A DNA stretch of 63,988 bases, the filler included, from an uncultured bacterium (lineage in GTDB: Bacteria > CAYSBA01): the NCBI GenBank assembly GCA_964429075.1. It is 6 parts of 6 records of this genome, joined end to end, with 100 filler letters (N's around TTAATTAATTAA, not from the genome) between each part and the next. Parts side by side here need not be neighbours in the genome. Positions count along the whole stretch, not along the records: positions 1 to 12,504 come from CAYSBA010000008.1; 5 more parts are not named here. The stretch is one strand, 5' to 3'. A model generated the notes under the pieces. That model saw nothing but the letters and a program-made list of their open reading frames with translations. It was not told the DNA's origin and made no database searches. Positions 1 to 9,533 of this stretch are shown in pieces (position 1 is the first letter of the stretch; every line of letters starts with the position of its first letter). The position numbers and the translations under genes are program-made.

Positions 1-419
1 AATATAGATGGAGCAAATGTGACTAAAACAAAAATGGGAAATCTAAATAAAGAGTCTATCCCAAAAAGAAAGGCTACAAAAAAATATAAAAACCAGAGAA
101 AACCTATCGGTCTTTCAGATTGATATATCAGTCCACAGACTGCAATAACACTTGCGAAGGATTCAAACAGGTCAAGCCATCTATACAGTTGCATCCTCTT
201 TTTTTTGTAGGCCCATGTCGCAATTGGATAGAGCACGGAATTTGGCACAAGCCATAAAGATGTGATGTACCAGGGTGCATGAAAATAGGCTTCAACCTGT
301 GGAATCCTAAAGACAATAACAGCGCAGAGGATGATACCGTAAAAGATTAACATTCCAGCTGGACTGCGGAGCTCTTTATGGTAGTCTATATCGTAAAAAG
401 ATCTTTCTTTATCAATCAT
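1..419 (-). CDS. Multi-pass membrane protein, N-terminal part (runs off the window); possibly the sensor kinase partner of the adjacent response regulator
   Basis: Not in the ORF track. Manual translation from ATG at 419 (MIDKERSFYDIDYHKELRSPAGMLIFYGIILCAVIVF...FLWFLYFFVAFLFGIDSLFRFPIFVLVTFAPSI) is open to the window edge and has several hydrophobic segments. Divergent from the NtrC-type gene. Confidence 0.65.
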   Translation of the reverse strand, partial: MIDKERSFYDIDYHKELRSPAGMLIFYGIILCAVIVFRIPQVEAYFHAPWYITSLWLVPNSVLYPIATWAYKKKRMQLYRWLDLFESFASVIAVCGLIYQSERPIGFLWFLYFFVAFLFGIDSLFRFPIFVLVTFAPSI

Positions 420-522
420 TGATAATTATAATTATACTCTTTTTTCTGGAAATTACAACATATGATTAATTTTGTGTTTAAAAAAAGTTGCTTTTATACT
501 ATTCTTGGGTAATATTTGGATT

Positions 523-1902
523 ATGCAAAAACCTAATTATACAATCCTTCTGGTTGATGATGAGAGATTATTCAGGAAGGTATTGAGAAAGACCCTTACA
601 AGGGAGGGCTATAAGGTCCTTGAAGCTGCAGATGGTATTGAGGCCCTTGCCCTTTTAAAGAGGAATAGGCCGGATCTTCTTATACTTGATTATCGTATGC
701 CAAAGATGAATGGTCGTGAATTACTCCTAAGGATAAATGAAGAGAAGATCGATGTCCCTGTCATAATGTTATCTGCCTATGGTAATATCCAGCTTGCAGT
801 GGATTGTCTTAAACTGGGTGCAGTTGACTATCTGGAAAAACCTGTAGAGGCAGCCCTATTAAAGAAGAAGATAGAGGACTATCTCTCAAATCTTCAGAAG
901 ACAAAGATCACTATTGAACAATCAGGCATTGTTACAGAAGATCCAAAGATGCTTGAACTCTTGGAACGCTTAAGAAAGATAGCACCTTCTGAAGTAAATG
1001 TATTGATAACAGGTGAAAGTGGTACCGGTAAAGAGCTTATTGCACACACCATACATCGGTTGAGTTCAAGGAGACACAAAAACTTTGTAGTGGTTGATTG
1101 TGCTGTCTTGACACCCTCACTATTTGAATCTGAATTGTTTGGTCATGTAAAAGGTGCCTTTACTGGAGCAGTAGAGGATCGCGTAGGTAAACTTGAAATC
1201 GCCGATAAGGGTACAGTCTTTTTAGATGAAATAGGCAATATTGCACTCGAACTTCAGTCAAAATTGCTTCGGGTGGTAGAACGGAAGGAATTTAGCAGGG
1301 TTGGATCGTCAGAGGTAACAAAGGTGGATGTTCGTTTTATATCTGCAACAAATGTTGACCTATGGAATGCCATCAGTAGCGGTAGATTTAAAGAGGATCT
1401 ATATTTTAGACTTGACGAGGTTAGACTTGTCGTTCCACCTCTCAGGGAACGGGGCAGGGATGTTGAGGTTCTGACAGACTATTTTATAGAAAGGTATGCC
1501 AGAGTATTTGGAAAAAAGAGGGTCAGTCTAACAAAAGAGGCAAGGGATATTATCCTATCCTACAGTTGGCCTGGAAATGTCAGAGAACTTGAACACTGTA
1601 TAAAATCTGCTGTTCTTATCTGTGATGACAGAATAAGACCCTCCGATCTACCAGATCATATCAAAAAGACACCGAAAAAGGTGTTTGACATAAATGATAT
1701 CTTTAATGATATCCTTGATAGATCCCTGCGTGACGGCATTGACCTTGTTGAAGAGCACAAAAGATTGATAAATCGGATAGACAGAAGATTGATTGTAGAG
1801 CTTATACAAAAAAGGGGTCTTTCCCAGACAAAGGTAGCCAGCATGCTTGGAATAAGTAGAAACTCCCTGCGTGAAAAGATGAAAAAACTTGGTTTACTCT
1901 GA
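523..1902 (+). CDS. Sigma-54-dependent response regulator (NtrC/AtoC family: REC, AAA+, Fis HTH)
   Basis: Receiver motifs ILLVDDE, LDYRMP and KP; Walker A GESGTGKE; GAFTGA loop; FLDEIG; WPGNVRELE; C-terminal HTH. ATG 523 preferred over TTG 472. Confidence 0.95.
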   Translation: MQKPNYTILLVDDERLFRKVLRKTLTREGYKVLEAADGIEALALLKRNRPDLLILDYRMPKMNGRELLLRINEEKIDVPVIMLSAYGNIQLAVDCLKLGAVDYLEKPVEAALLKKKIEDYLSNLQKTKITIEQSGIVTEDPKMLELLERLRKIAPSEVNVLITGESGTGKELIAHTIHRLSSRRHKNFVVVDCAVLTPSLFESELFGHVKGAFTGAVEDRVGKLEIADKGTVFLDEIGNIALELQSKLLRVVERKEFSRVGSSEVTKVDVRFISATNVDLWNAISSGRFKEDLYFRLDEVRLVVPPLRERGRDVEVLTDYFIERYARVFGKKRVSLTKEARDIILSYSWPGNVRELEHCIKSAVLICDDRIRPSDLPDHIKKTPKKVFDINDIFNDILDRSLRDGIDLVEEHKRLINRIDRRLIVELIQKRGLSQTKVASMLGISRNSLREKMKKLGLL

Positions 1903-1905
1903 ATC

Positions 1906-2667
1906 CTATTCTAAGACAAAACGGATAGTGTATCTTATACTATAGCTGATTGGTTTATTGTCTATCATGGCAGGTCTGAATTTGAATTTCCTGATTGCGG
2001 ATACAGCCTGTGGGACAAAGCCTTTATCAGAATAAGAAACAGGAGTTACAGCAACAACCTTTCCATGTTTGTCAATCCTTATTCTTAATATAACCCAACC
2101 TTCAACACCTTTTTGTTTTAATTCTTTTGGATATTCTGGTTTGACCTCCTTTATAACTACAGGAAGAGTCAAATTTCCTTTGTCATGATAGACAACAGGA
2201 GTTTGAGATATTTCTAAATCTTGATTTTTTTTGTATCTGCTTTGTACTTTTGGAGGTCTCATACTTAAGGTATTGCCTACTGCAACGCTAAACTCTCCCT
2301 GGCCCTCTAATACTGAATCAAAGGTTAAACCAAATATTTTCTTAGTCTCTTTTGTTTTTTTTATATCTGTTTGCTGTTTATTCATATCTTTTAAGATTTG
2401 TTTGTGCCTGTAAAATCTGTTCTCTGGTTTTGAATGCCATATTCTCTTTTTTTTATTTATATTGTGAGCAATGTTGATACCCCTTTCTTTTTTTATCTTA
2501 TCTTTCTTTTTTATAATCCTTTTATTTTTTTTCTTTACATAGGTTACCTGAAATTCTATTGACTGGTTATAGATATGAGTCATTTTTTTACCAGAAACAG
2601 AGAAAAATAGAAAAAGATGAAGGATTATAGACGAGAAGATGTAAGGTGTAAGTCTAATAATCCTCAA
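1906..2667 (-). CDS. tonB: Energy transducer TonB-family protein
   Basis: N-terminal TM with SxxLH; C-terminal PEYP...GVEGWVILRIRIDKHG...FRPA...IRFVLE domain; follows exbBD. Confidence 0.85.
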   Translation of the reverse strand: MRIIRLTPYIFSSIILHLFLFFSVSGKKMTHIYNQSIEFQVTYVKKKNKRIIKKKDKIKKERGINIAHNINKKKRIWHSKPENRFYRHKQILKDMNKQQTDIKKTKETKKIFGLTFDSVLEGQGEFSVAVGNTLSMRPPKVQSRYKKNQDLEISQTPVVYHDKGNLTLPVVIKEVKPEYPKELKQKGVEGWVILRIRIDKHGKVVAVTPVSYSDKGFVPQAVSAIRKFKFRPAMIDNKPISYSIRYTIRFVLE

Positions 2668-3080
2668 GGCGACTCTCTTTCAATGTTTATTGCAAATCTT
2701 GTAACACCACACTGTTTTATAAGGTCGATAAAATGAACAACAAATCCATAACGAAGATCCTTATCTGCCCTAATCAGTACTGTTAATTGCGGGTTGTTTT
2801 TTATATCATTAAGAAGGATCATTCTAAGTTTGTCTTCATCAACCCTTTCTCCATTAAGCTCAATTGTCCCATCCTTATAAAGCACAAGTCCGTAGGTCTT
2901 TTTTAATCTCTCACCCTGACTGGCTCCCTTTGGTAGATTTACCTTAATAGATGAAAGATATATCATTGGAGCTGTAACCATAAATATAATAAGAAGGACT
3001 AAAACCACATCCACAAATGGAGTGATGTTAATATCTGTTATTATATCGTCGTTGTTATTGTTGTGAAGATTGGCCCCCAC
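2664..3080 (-). CDS. exbD: ExbD/TolR biopolymer transport protein
   Basis: INITPFVDVVLVLLIIFMV TM motif and IRADKDLRYG. Confidence 0.92.
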   Translation of the reverse strand: MGANLHNNNNDDIITDINITPFVDVVLVLLIIFMVTAPMIYLSSIKVNLPKGASQGERLKKTYGLVLYKDGTIELNGERVDEDKLRMILLNDIKNNPQLTVLIRADKDLRYGFVVHFIDLIKQCGVTRFAINIERESP

Positions 3081-3663
3081 AATCTCCCCTTTTTTTGATA
3101 CTTCTAAAATATTGGAACAACGAAGTATAGTCCTCTGTCAGACTGTTTAACGCCTTTGAGAGATGGTTGTAAGAGATTACTGCAGGTATTGCCACAAACA
3201 AACCAACTGCTGTAGCAACCAGTGCCTCAGAGATACCAGACATAACCATGCCTATATTGTTTATATTTCCGGTTGTCTTTTGAGCAAGTACATGGAAGGC
3301 ATTGATGACACCGATTACTGTGCCAAAGAGTCCAATAAAGGGTGCATTACTCCCTATACTACCAAGAAAGGTAAGCCCCCACATAAAAAATTTCCTCAGA
3401 TCTTTGCTAAATTGATCGGTAGCTGGATCATCATCAAGTGTTGCATATCTTTCAAAAATTTCCCTTATATCTTTTTTAAGCATTCTAAGCAGATTTGCAG
3501 GATCTTTTTCGTTTAAAATATCTAATTTGTCTATCCTGTAAGAGATCAATATATGTATCTTTCTTAAGATGAGTGCCATTGTTAGTATAGATAGACCAAT
3601 CAGTACATAGAGTACCCATTCTGCACCAAAATATGCTATCGTAAGGAGTCTATCAACCAGCAT
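3055..3663 (-). CDS. exbB: ExbB/TolQ/MotA proton channel protein
   Basis: APFIGLFGTVIG and GISEALVATAVGLFVAIPA motifs. Confidence 0.92.
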   Translation of the reverse strand: MLVDRLLTIAYFGAEWVLYVLIGLSILTMALILRKIHILISYRIDKLDILNEKDPANLLRMLKKDIREIFERYATLDDDPATDQFSKDLRKFFMWGLTFLGSIGSNAPFIGLFGTVIGVINAFHVLAQKTTGNINNIGMVMSGISEALVATAVGLFVAIPAVISYNHLSKALNSLTEDYTSLFQYFRSIKKRGDCGGQSSQQ

Positions 3664-5170
3664 GTCTTACTATAGCCTCTATAAGTCCTTGCATTGTGTA
3701 GGTCTCTGCCTGGATCAACTTTTTTACTCCCTTTCTTTTCAAGGCAGACGTCGTAACCGGACCTATTGATACAGGGTATGAACGGTCTATCAGCCATCGT
3801 GCCTTTTCTTCTGTTAAGATGTCAAAGAAATTATAAACAGTACTCGGGGAAGTAAAGGTTATATAGTCACACCCTTCTTTTAGAAGTCTATCTATTACAA
3901 TGCGATGTGGTTCTTCCTTCAGTGTTGTATAGGTTTCATTCTCCTCAACAAGACAGCCATATTTCAACAGGCCTTCTTTCAGTGTGGATCGTGCCATTTT
4001 TGTTCGCGGCAGGAGTATCCTATCATTTTTCTTTATGCCTGCCTTCGGTAACTCTTCTAAAATGGATTCTGCTACAAATTTTGTTGGAACGTAGTCAGGT
4101 TTAATTCCCTTTTCTATTAATTTATCACAAGTAGCACTTCCAATTGCACAAATTTTAACTCCATTCAAAGCCCTTGTGTCTTTTTTAAATTCAAATAACT
4201 TGTTAAAAAATGGCTCTATTGCATTGGCGCTTGTAAAGATAATCCAGTCAAAGGACTCTATTTTTTTTAAAGAATTTGCAAGTGGAGTAAGATCTTTTGG
4301 TTCTCCAGTTCGAATACATGGCAGAAGGACAACTTCAGCACCCATTAATTGTAGATTGATTATATCTCTTTTTGCAGCGATAAATGGTCTTGTCACTACA
4401 ATCCTTTTCCCCAAAAGTGGTATATCATGTATGTAGTTTGTATCAATTTTATCTTTAGTTGCCTCTCCCACTATTAATACTGATGGTGGCCTGATATTCT
4501 GAACAGAGGCGACATCCAGAAGCTGATCAAGCCTGCATTTTATTACCTTTGATCCCCATCTGAATGCAGACTGTACAATAACTACAGGACTTGTTTCAGG
4601 GACACCCTTTGATATCAATTCTGATATCACATTCTTTAGATTTCCAACTGGCATAAGGATTACATAAGTAGATTCTTTATCAAACCCCGGGAAGTTCAAT
4701 TCCATCTCATCTTTTCTTTTATGACCTGTAACTATATAGATTTTAGAAGAGACACGTCTTTTGGTCAGTGAAAAGCCGCTGTAGGCTGCACATGCGAGGG
4801 CTGAAGATATCCCGGGGACGACTTCATAGGGGATATTATGTCTTTGTAGGAATTCAATCTCTTCTCCGAGTCTGCCAAATACTACAGGATCTCCTCCCTT
4901 TAGTCTGCCTACTGCTTTTTCTGCTCTAAATTCCTTAAGGATTATCTCGTTTATATCCTCTTGGCTCATGGGATGATGACCTGGGTATTTACCTACATTA
5001 ATAATCTTTTTGCCAGGAGGAATGAGAGATAGGATCTCGGTTGAGACAAGATGATCTACAATAAAAACAGAAAGTTCATCGAGTAGGACCCTCGCCTTCT
5101 GGGTGAGCAAAAGGGCTGACCCAGGTCCTGCACCAATAAAATAGACTCTATTTGGTATCTGTCTGTTCAT
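3653..5170 (-). CDS. cobA: Fused uroporphyrinogen-III C-methyltransferase / uroporphyrinogen-III synthase (CobA-HemD)
   Basis: GAGPG, RLKGGDPVVFGR and VVPGISS (SUMT domain), then RIVVTRP, IIFTSANA, FTSPST and SIGPVT (HemD domain). Confidence 0.93.
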   Translation of the reverse strand: MNRQIPNRVYFIGAGPGSALLLTQKARVLLDELSVFIVDHLVSTEILSLIPPGKKIINVGKYPGHHPMSQEDINEIILKEFRAEKAVGRLKGGDPVVFGRLGEEIEFLQRHNIPYEVVPGISSALACAAYSGFSLTKRRVSSKIYIVTGHKRKDEMELNFPGFDKESTYVILMPVGNLKNVISELISKGVPETSPVVIVQSAFRWGSKVIKCRLDQLLDVASVQNIRPPSVLIVGEATKDKIDTNYIHDIPLLGKRIVVTRPFIAAKRDIINLQLMGAEVVLLPCIRTGEPKDLTPLANSLKKIESFDWIIFTSANAIEPFFNKLFEFKKDTRALNGVKICAIGSATCDKLIEKGIKPDYVPTKFVAESILEELPKAGIKKNDRILLPRTKMARSTLKEGLLKYGCLVEENETYTTLKEEPHRIVIDRLLKEGCDYITFTSPSTVYNFFDILTEEKARWLIDRSYPVSIGPVTTSALKRKGVKKLIQAETYTMQGLIEAIVRHAG

Positions 5171-5314
5171 TGGCTAAAAGATAAAACAGGACAAAGACTT
5201 TTGCAAACTTTGAATGGGATCTTGAGATGATGTATTCATTATAGCTGAAATTCTGTTAATGTAACAACAAAAAAATTATTTGAAAAAAGATTCCTTTTAT
5301 GACACAGAAAGATC

Positions 5315-5995
5315 ATGTCCTTTCTATTAGTCGATAGAGTAACAAAGCGATTTGGATCAATACAGGTTCTGAAGAATGTCTCTTTTGAGATAGAGAAGGG
5401 AGCGATAGTAGCCCTGCTGGGGCATAATGGTGCAGGTAAATCCACCATATTGAAAATAATTGCAGGTCTTATAAGACCTAATTCAGGGAAGGTCCTCCTA
5501 AATGGAAAAAGTACTTCAGAATATACTACAAGGGCCTCAATCGGAGTTATATCACACGAGACCATGCTTTATCATGGACTTTCTGCCATGGATAATCTGA
5601 TATTCTACGCAAGGATGTATGGGGTTTATGATCCTGAGGAAAAGGCCAAAAAGATGCTGAAGATGGCAGGTCTTTTGCATAGAGCCAATGATCCTCTAAG
5701 AAATTTTTCAAGAGGTATGTTGCAAAGGGTAACAATTGCAAGGGCCCTCATACATGATCCTGAGCTTGTACTGATGGATGAGCCATTCACAGGACTTGAC
5801 AGGTCAATGAAGGAAAGGGTGATGGAATGGATTAAATCAATGAAGCAAAATAGTACAACGGTTGTACTTGTAACACACGATCTTGAGGCAGGATTTGCGC
5901 TTTCCGAAAGATTTGTTGTCCTTAAAAAGGGTGTTGTTGTGGAGACTGGGGAATCTACCAAGGAGGCCCTTAAAAGATGTAAGGGGCTGATATGA
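5315..5995 (+). CDS. ccmA: Heme ABC exporter ATP-binding subunit CcmA
   Basis: Walker A GHNGAGKS, signature FSRGMLQR, MDEPF; directly upstream of ccmB and ccmC. Confidence 0.88.
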   Translation: MSFLLVDRVTKRFGSIQVLKNVSFEIEKGAIVALLGHNGAGKSTILKIIAGLIRPNSGKVLLNGKSTSEYTTRASIGVISHETMLYHGLSAMDNLIFYARMYGVYDPEEKAKKMLKMAGLLHRANDPLRNFSRGMLQRVTIARALIHDPELVLMDEPFTGLDRSMKERVMEWIKSMKQNSTTVVLVTHDLEAGFALSERFVVLKKGVVVETGESTKEALKRCKGLI

Positions 5996-6660
5996 GAGCA
6001 GTATTTCAACTTGTAAAAAAGGATCTTTTATATGAATATCGAACAAAAGAGGTTACAAGTTCCATGCTTCTTTTTTCTCTTATTGTTGTTGTTATGTTTG
6101 GCTTTACCTTTGAGCCCGGTAGCAGGGTGGTGAAAGAATCTATGCCAGGGTTGATGTGGATAGTCTATGTATTTTCTGGAATGATTGGTCTAAACAGGGT
6201 GTTTGACATTGAGACGAAAAATGATGCTCTTTCTGGATTGATGCTCACACCTTACGATATATCTTTTGTGTATTTCGGCAAAAGTATTTCAGCATCCATA
6301 CTGATGTTACTTACAGAGTTTGTCACACTTCCATTTTTTGCACTATTCTATGGGATTCCTATCTTCAGGATCTTTCCTCAACTTATTTTGTTGTTTCTGG
6401 CAGTTACAATAGGATTCTCTGGTGCAGGGACAATCTTTGCAGCAATGCTTGTAAGAAATAAGACACGCGAGTTTCTGCTTCCGATATTGCTTTTTCCACT
6501 TGTAGTGCCTATACTTATAGCATCTGTAAAGATTACCCATGGACTTTTGATGAGTCATGGGTTATCTGAGTTTGTTGAATGGATCAAGGTGATTGTAGTT
6601 TTTGACATAATATTTTATACTTCAGGATATCTAACAGCAGGGTATATCTTTGAGCCATGA
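5992..6660 (+). CDS. ccmB: Heme exporter permease CcmB
   Basis: KDLLYEYR start, about 6 TMs, LLPILLFPLVVPILI motif; ATGA overlap with ccmA. Confidence 0.9.
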   Translation: MRAVFQLVKKDLLYEYRTKEVTSSMLLFSLIVVVMFGFTFEPGSRVVKESMPGLMWIVYVFSGMIGLNRVFDIETKNDALSGLMLTPYDISFVYFGKSISASILMLLTEFVTLPFFALFYGIPIFRIFPQLILLFLAVTIGFSGAGTIFAAMLVRNKTREFLLPILLFPLVVPILIASVKITHGLLMSHGLSEFVEWIKVIVVFDIIFYTSGYLTAGYIFEP

Positions 6661-7355
6661 TTAAAAAGAGTCAAAAGATACTATTTTTTGTCGTATTTAT
6701 TCTTATGGGTATTGCCCTTTATATGGTCTTTTTGTACGCTCCAAAAGAGAAGACTATGGGAGATCTTCAGCGGATCTTCTACTTTCATGTACCGAGTGCA
6801 TGGACAGGATTTCTTGCCTTTTTAATGACATTTGTATTCAGTATTCTGTATCTCAAAAAGAGGGATATCAAATATGATACCCTTGCAAATGTGTCAGTAA
6901 AGATAGGTCTTATATTCTGTACAATTGTTCTTATCACAGGTCCTTTATGGGCAAGACCTGCATGGGGTGCATGGTGGACCTGGGATCCACGACTAACAAC
7001 AACACTGATACTGTGGTTCCTTTATGCAGGATATCTTGTTATTAGGGGTTCTGTTGAAGATAAAGAGAAGATGAGACGTTTTTGTGCAGTTCTTGGTATT
7101 GTGGCATTTATTGATGTACCGATTGTTTTTTTCTCAATAAGGCTCTGGCGTACAATTCATCCTGTTGTATTTACACCAAAAAAGGTGAATATCGAGCCAA
7201 AGATGCTTTTTGTACTACTGTTTTCCCTTACTGTGTTTACCCTGTTGTATGTGCTTTTGCTCACAATAAGTTATGAGATTGAGGTTCTTCTTAGTAAAAC
7301 GGCAAGATTAAAAGAGACGTTTGAGGAGGAGATACATGGAGACAATCCCGCATAG
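6657..7355 (+). CDS. ccmC: Cytochrome c biogenesis protein CcmC
   Basis: IFYFHVP, WWD motif WARPAWGAWWTWDPRLT, WRTIHP. Confidence 0.93.
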   Translation: MIKKSQKILFFVVFILMGIALYMVFLYAPKEKTMGDLQRIFYFHVPSAWTGFLAFLMTFVFSILYLKKRDIKYDTLANVSVKIGLIFCTIVLITGPLWARPAWGAWWTWDPRLTTTLILWFLYAGYLVIRGSVEDKEKMRRFCAVLGIVAFIDVPIVFFSIRLWRTIHPVVFTPKKVNIEPKMLFVLLFSLTVFTLLYVLLLTISYEIEVLLSKTARLKETFEEEIHGDNPA

Positions 7356-7515
7356 TGACAGGATGTTGTATCTTTTTCTGGCCTATTTGAGTATATGGAT
7401 ACTCTTGGGTCTTTATCTTTTTTATATAGGTAAAAAGGCGGCTCTTCTCAAAAGAGAGCTGGATCAGCTTAATGAGCGTATCAAAGAAAAAGGTTACATG
7501 GAGCAAAAATCATGA
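7336..7515 (+). CDS. ccmD: CcmD-family small membrane protein
   Basis: YLFLAYLSIWILLGLYL TM followed by a charged tail, directly after ccmC; start codon uncertain. Confidence 0.75.
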   Translation: METIPHSDRMLYLFLAYLSIWILLGLYLFYIGKKAALLKRELDQLNERIKEKGYMEQKS

Positions 7516-8180
7516 ACAAAGATGCGTTAATTATTGCAATATCTGCCTTTATGTTTGGATTCGTGGGTGGCTATATAATTGGCGGTGGCAAGGGTAAAAA
7601 CACATTCAATCACCCTATCAGACAATCCGTTTCTGTGCCTCAGAAAGTTAATGATCAAAATGAAAAAATAAAGGAGATAAAGAAAAGGCTTGAGGCAAGA
7701 TTAAAGGAACTACAGCAACTTGAAAAGGAGGGTAAGCTTACAGCCGATAATAAAAGGGAGATGGGCAATATACATTTTGATTTTGGTAACCTGAAAATGG
7801 CAAGGAAATACTACGAAGAGTATCTTAAGGAAAAACCAGAGGATGCAAAAGTAATAACTGACCTCGGTATTGTTTACAGAAGACTTGGAGATCCTGACAG
7901 AGCGATAGAGCTCTTCGATAGGGCAATAAAGGCAGATCCACAACTGTTTCAACCAAGATTCAACAAAGGTGTTGTACTTTTACATGAAAAGGGTGATAAA
8001 GAGGCTGCGTACAGGACCTGGAAAAAGATGGCTGATGAGGTGAAGGATATCCCTCATCGTAAGGAATTTATGGATAGATTGAATGAACTTGAAAAGATGA
8101 TTGAATCAGAAAAAAAGGACAACCATAAGGTAAAAGAAAAAAAGGCTGATGAGCAGAAAAAATCTAATAGCAGGCATTGA
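7512..8180 (+). CDS. Membrane-anchored TPR protein (possibly CcmH/CcmI-like cytochrome c maturation factor)
   Basis: N-terminal TM; TPR motifs (MGNIHFDFG, ITDLGIVYRRLGDPDRAIELFDRAI, FNKGVVL); co-transcribed with ccmD. Confidence 0.75.
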   Translation: MNKDALIIAISAFMFGFVGGYIIGGGKGKNTFNHPIRQSVSVPQKVNDQNEKIKEIKKRLEARLKELQQLEKEGKLTADNKREMGNIHFDFGNLKMARKYYEEYLKEKPEDAKVITDLGIVYRRLGDPDRAIELFDRAIKADPQLFQPRFNKGVVLLHEKGDKEAAYRTWKKMADEVKDIPHRKEFMDRLNELEKMIESEKKDNHKVKEKKADEQKKSNSRH

Positions 8181-8805
8181 TGAGGCGGGCAGGGGTTGTG
8201 TTATCGGATCGTTGTTTGTAGGAGTTGCACTAATAGAGGAATCAAAAATTAATGACCTGTTAAATCTCGGGGTAAGGGATTCTAAGAGGCTTGGACATAT
8301 CCTGAAAAACCCTTCAAAGAGGGATGAGTTTTTCGATAGGTTAACAGGATTAATTTATTTCTGGAAGGTTGCAGAACTACCTCATTCTCTTATTGATCTT
8401 GAAAATATCAATAGTCTTGAGCTCGAGGCAATTATCGAACTTATAGCATCCCTTCCTATTGAGCCCTTAACAATCCAGATCGATGCACCCTGTCATAAAA
8501 ATTCATTTTTTGATTTTCAAAAAGTTATAAAAAGTAGGATTGGTTACAAAACAACAGATCTTGTGATAGAACACAAAGCAGATCAGACCTATCCTGCAGT
8601 AATGTGTGCCTCAATAATTGCTAAGACCTACAGGGAACGACATGTGGAAAGATATAAGAAGATCTTTGGTGACTTTGGCTCTGGATATCCCTCTGATCCA
8701 GTAACAGGCAGGTATATAAGAGATCTCGATGACATATCAGATACCATTATAAGAAAGAGATGGAAGACCGTAAGCAAAAAGAGGCAGAAAGAGTTATTCA
8801 ACTAA
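8149..8805 (+). CDS. rnhB: Ribonuclease HII, archaeal/eukaryotic-like sequence type
   Basis: GIDEAGRG, DSKRL, HKAD...ASIIAK, GDFGSGYPSDP, IRKRWKT. Confidence 0.9.
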   Translation: MSRKNLIAGIDEAGRGCVIGSLFVGVALIEESKINDLLNLGVRDSKRLGHILKNPSKRDEFFDRLTGLIYFWKVAELPHSLIDLENINSLELEAIIELIASLPIEPLTIQIDAPCHKNSFFDFQKVIKSRIGYKTTDLVIEHKADQTYPAVMCASIIAKTYRERHVERYKKIFGDFGSGYPSDPVTGRYIRDLDDISDTIIRKRWKTVSKKRQKELFN

Positions 8806-9533
8806 CCATCTAATCTTTTTAATAGGATCTTCTCCACCTTTTCAATATCTTCTGGCACATCCACACCAACAGTATCAGAGGGTGCATCTAATACCTTTAT
8901 TGGTATTCCATTTTCTATGAGTCTTAATTGTTCAAGGGATTCAGATTTTTCCAGATATGTGGGTGCAAGATTTACAAACCTGCTAAGGGCTGAATGTGTA
9001 AATCCATAAATTCCTATGTGCTTAAAATATTTAACAGTACCTGAGCGATTATATGGTATGGGGCTTCGTGAGAAGTATATAGCCCTTTTTTGTGAATCAC
9101 AAATCACTTTTACTACATTTGGATCCTTTGCATCTTCTTTGTTACAGGGATATTTCATTGTTACAACCTGAGGATGACTATTATTTCTCAAAAAATTGAT
9201 AATGGGTATTATGTGTGATGAGGTAACCGCCGGTTCATCACCCTGCAGGTTGATGATGTATGAAAATCCCATTCCATCGACCGCTCTATAGACCCTCTCT
9301 GTGCCTGACTTGATATTACCTTTTACTATGATAGCCTTTGCTCCTTTTTTTTCAGCAATCTCTGCAATCTTATGGCTGTCGGTTGCAACGATGATAGAGG
9401 CTTCTTTTATATCAAGACATGCCTCAACCACCCACGATATCATGGGTTTACCAAGGATAGGATGGAGGGGCTTTCTGGGGAACCTGGTTGAGCCCTCTCT
9501 TGCAGGTATGACTATTGCGGTTTCCTTTTTCAA
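8802..9533 (-). CDS. kdsB: 3-deoxy-manno-octulosonate cytidylyltransferase
   Basis: IPAREGSTRFPRKPL, SGTER, NLQGDEP, AIYFSRSPIP, HIGIYG, ESLEQLR. Confidence 0.96.
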   Translation of the reverse strand: MKKETAIVIPAREGSTRFPRKPLHPILGKPMISWVVEACLDIKEASIIVATDSHKIAEIAEKKGAKAIIVKGNIKSGTERVYRAVDGMGFSYIINLQGDEPAVTSSHIIPIINFLRNNSHPQVVTMKYPCNKEDAKDPNVVKVICDSQKRAIYFSRSPIPYNRSGTVKYFKHIGIYGFTHSALSRFVNLAPTYLEKSESLEQLRLIENGIPIKVLDAPSDTVGVDVPEDIEKVEKILLKRLDG

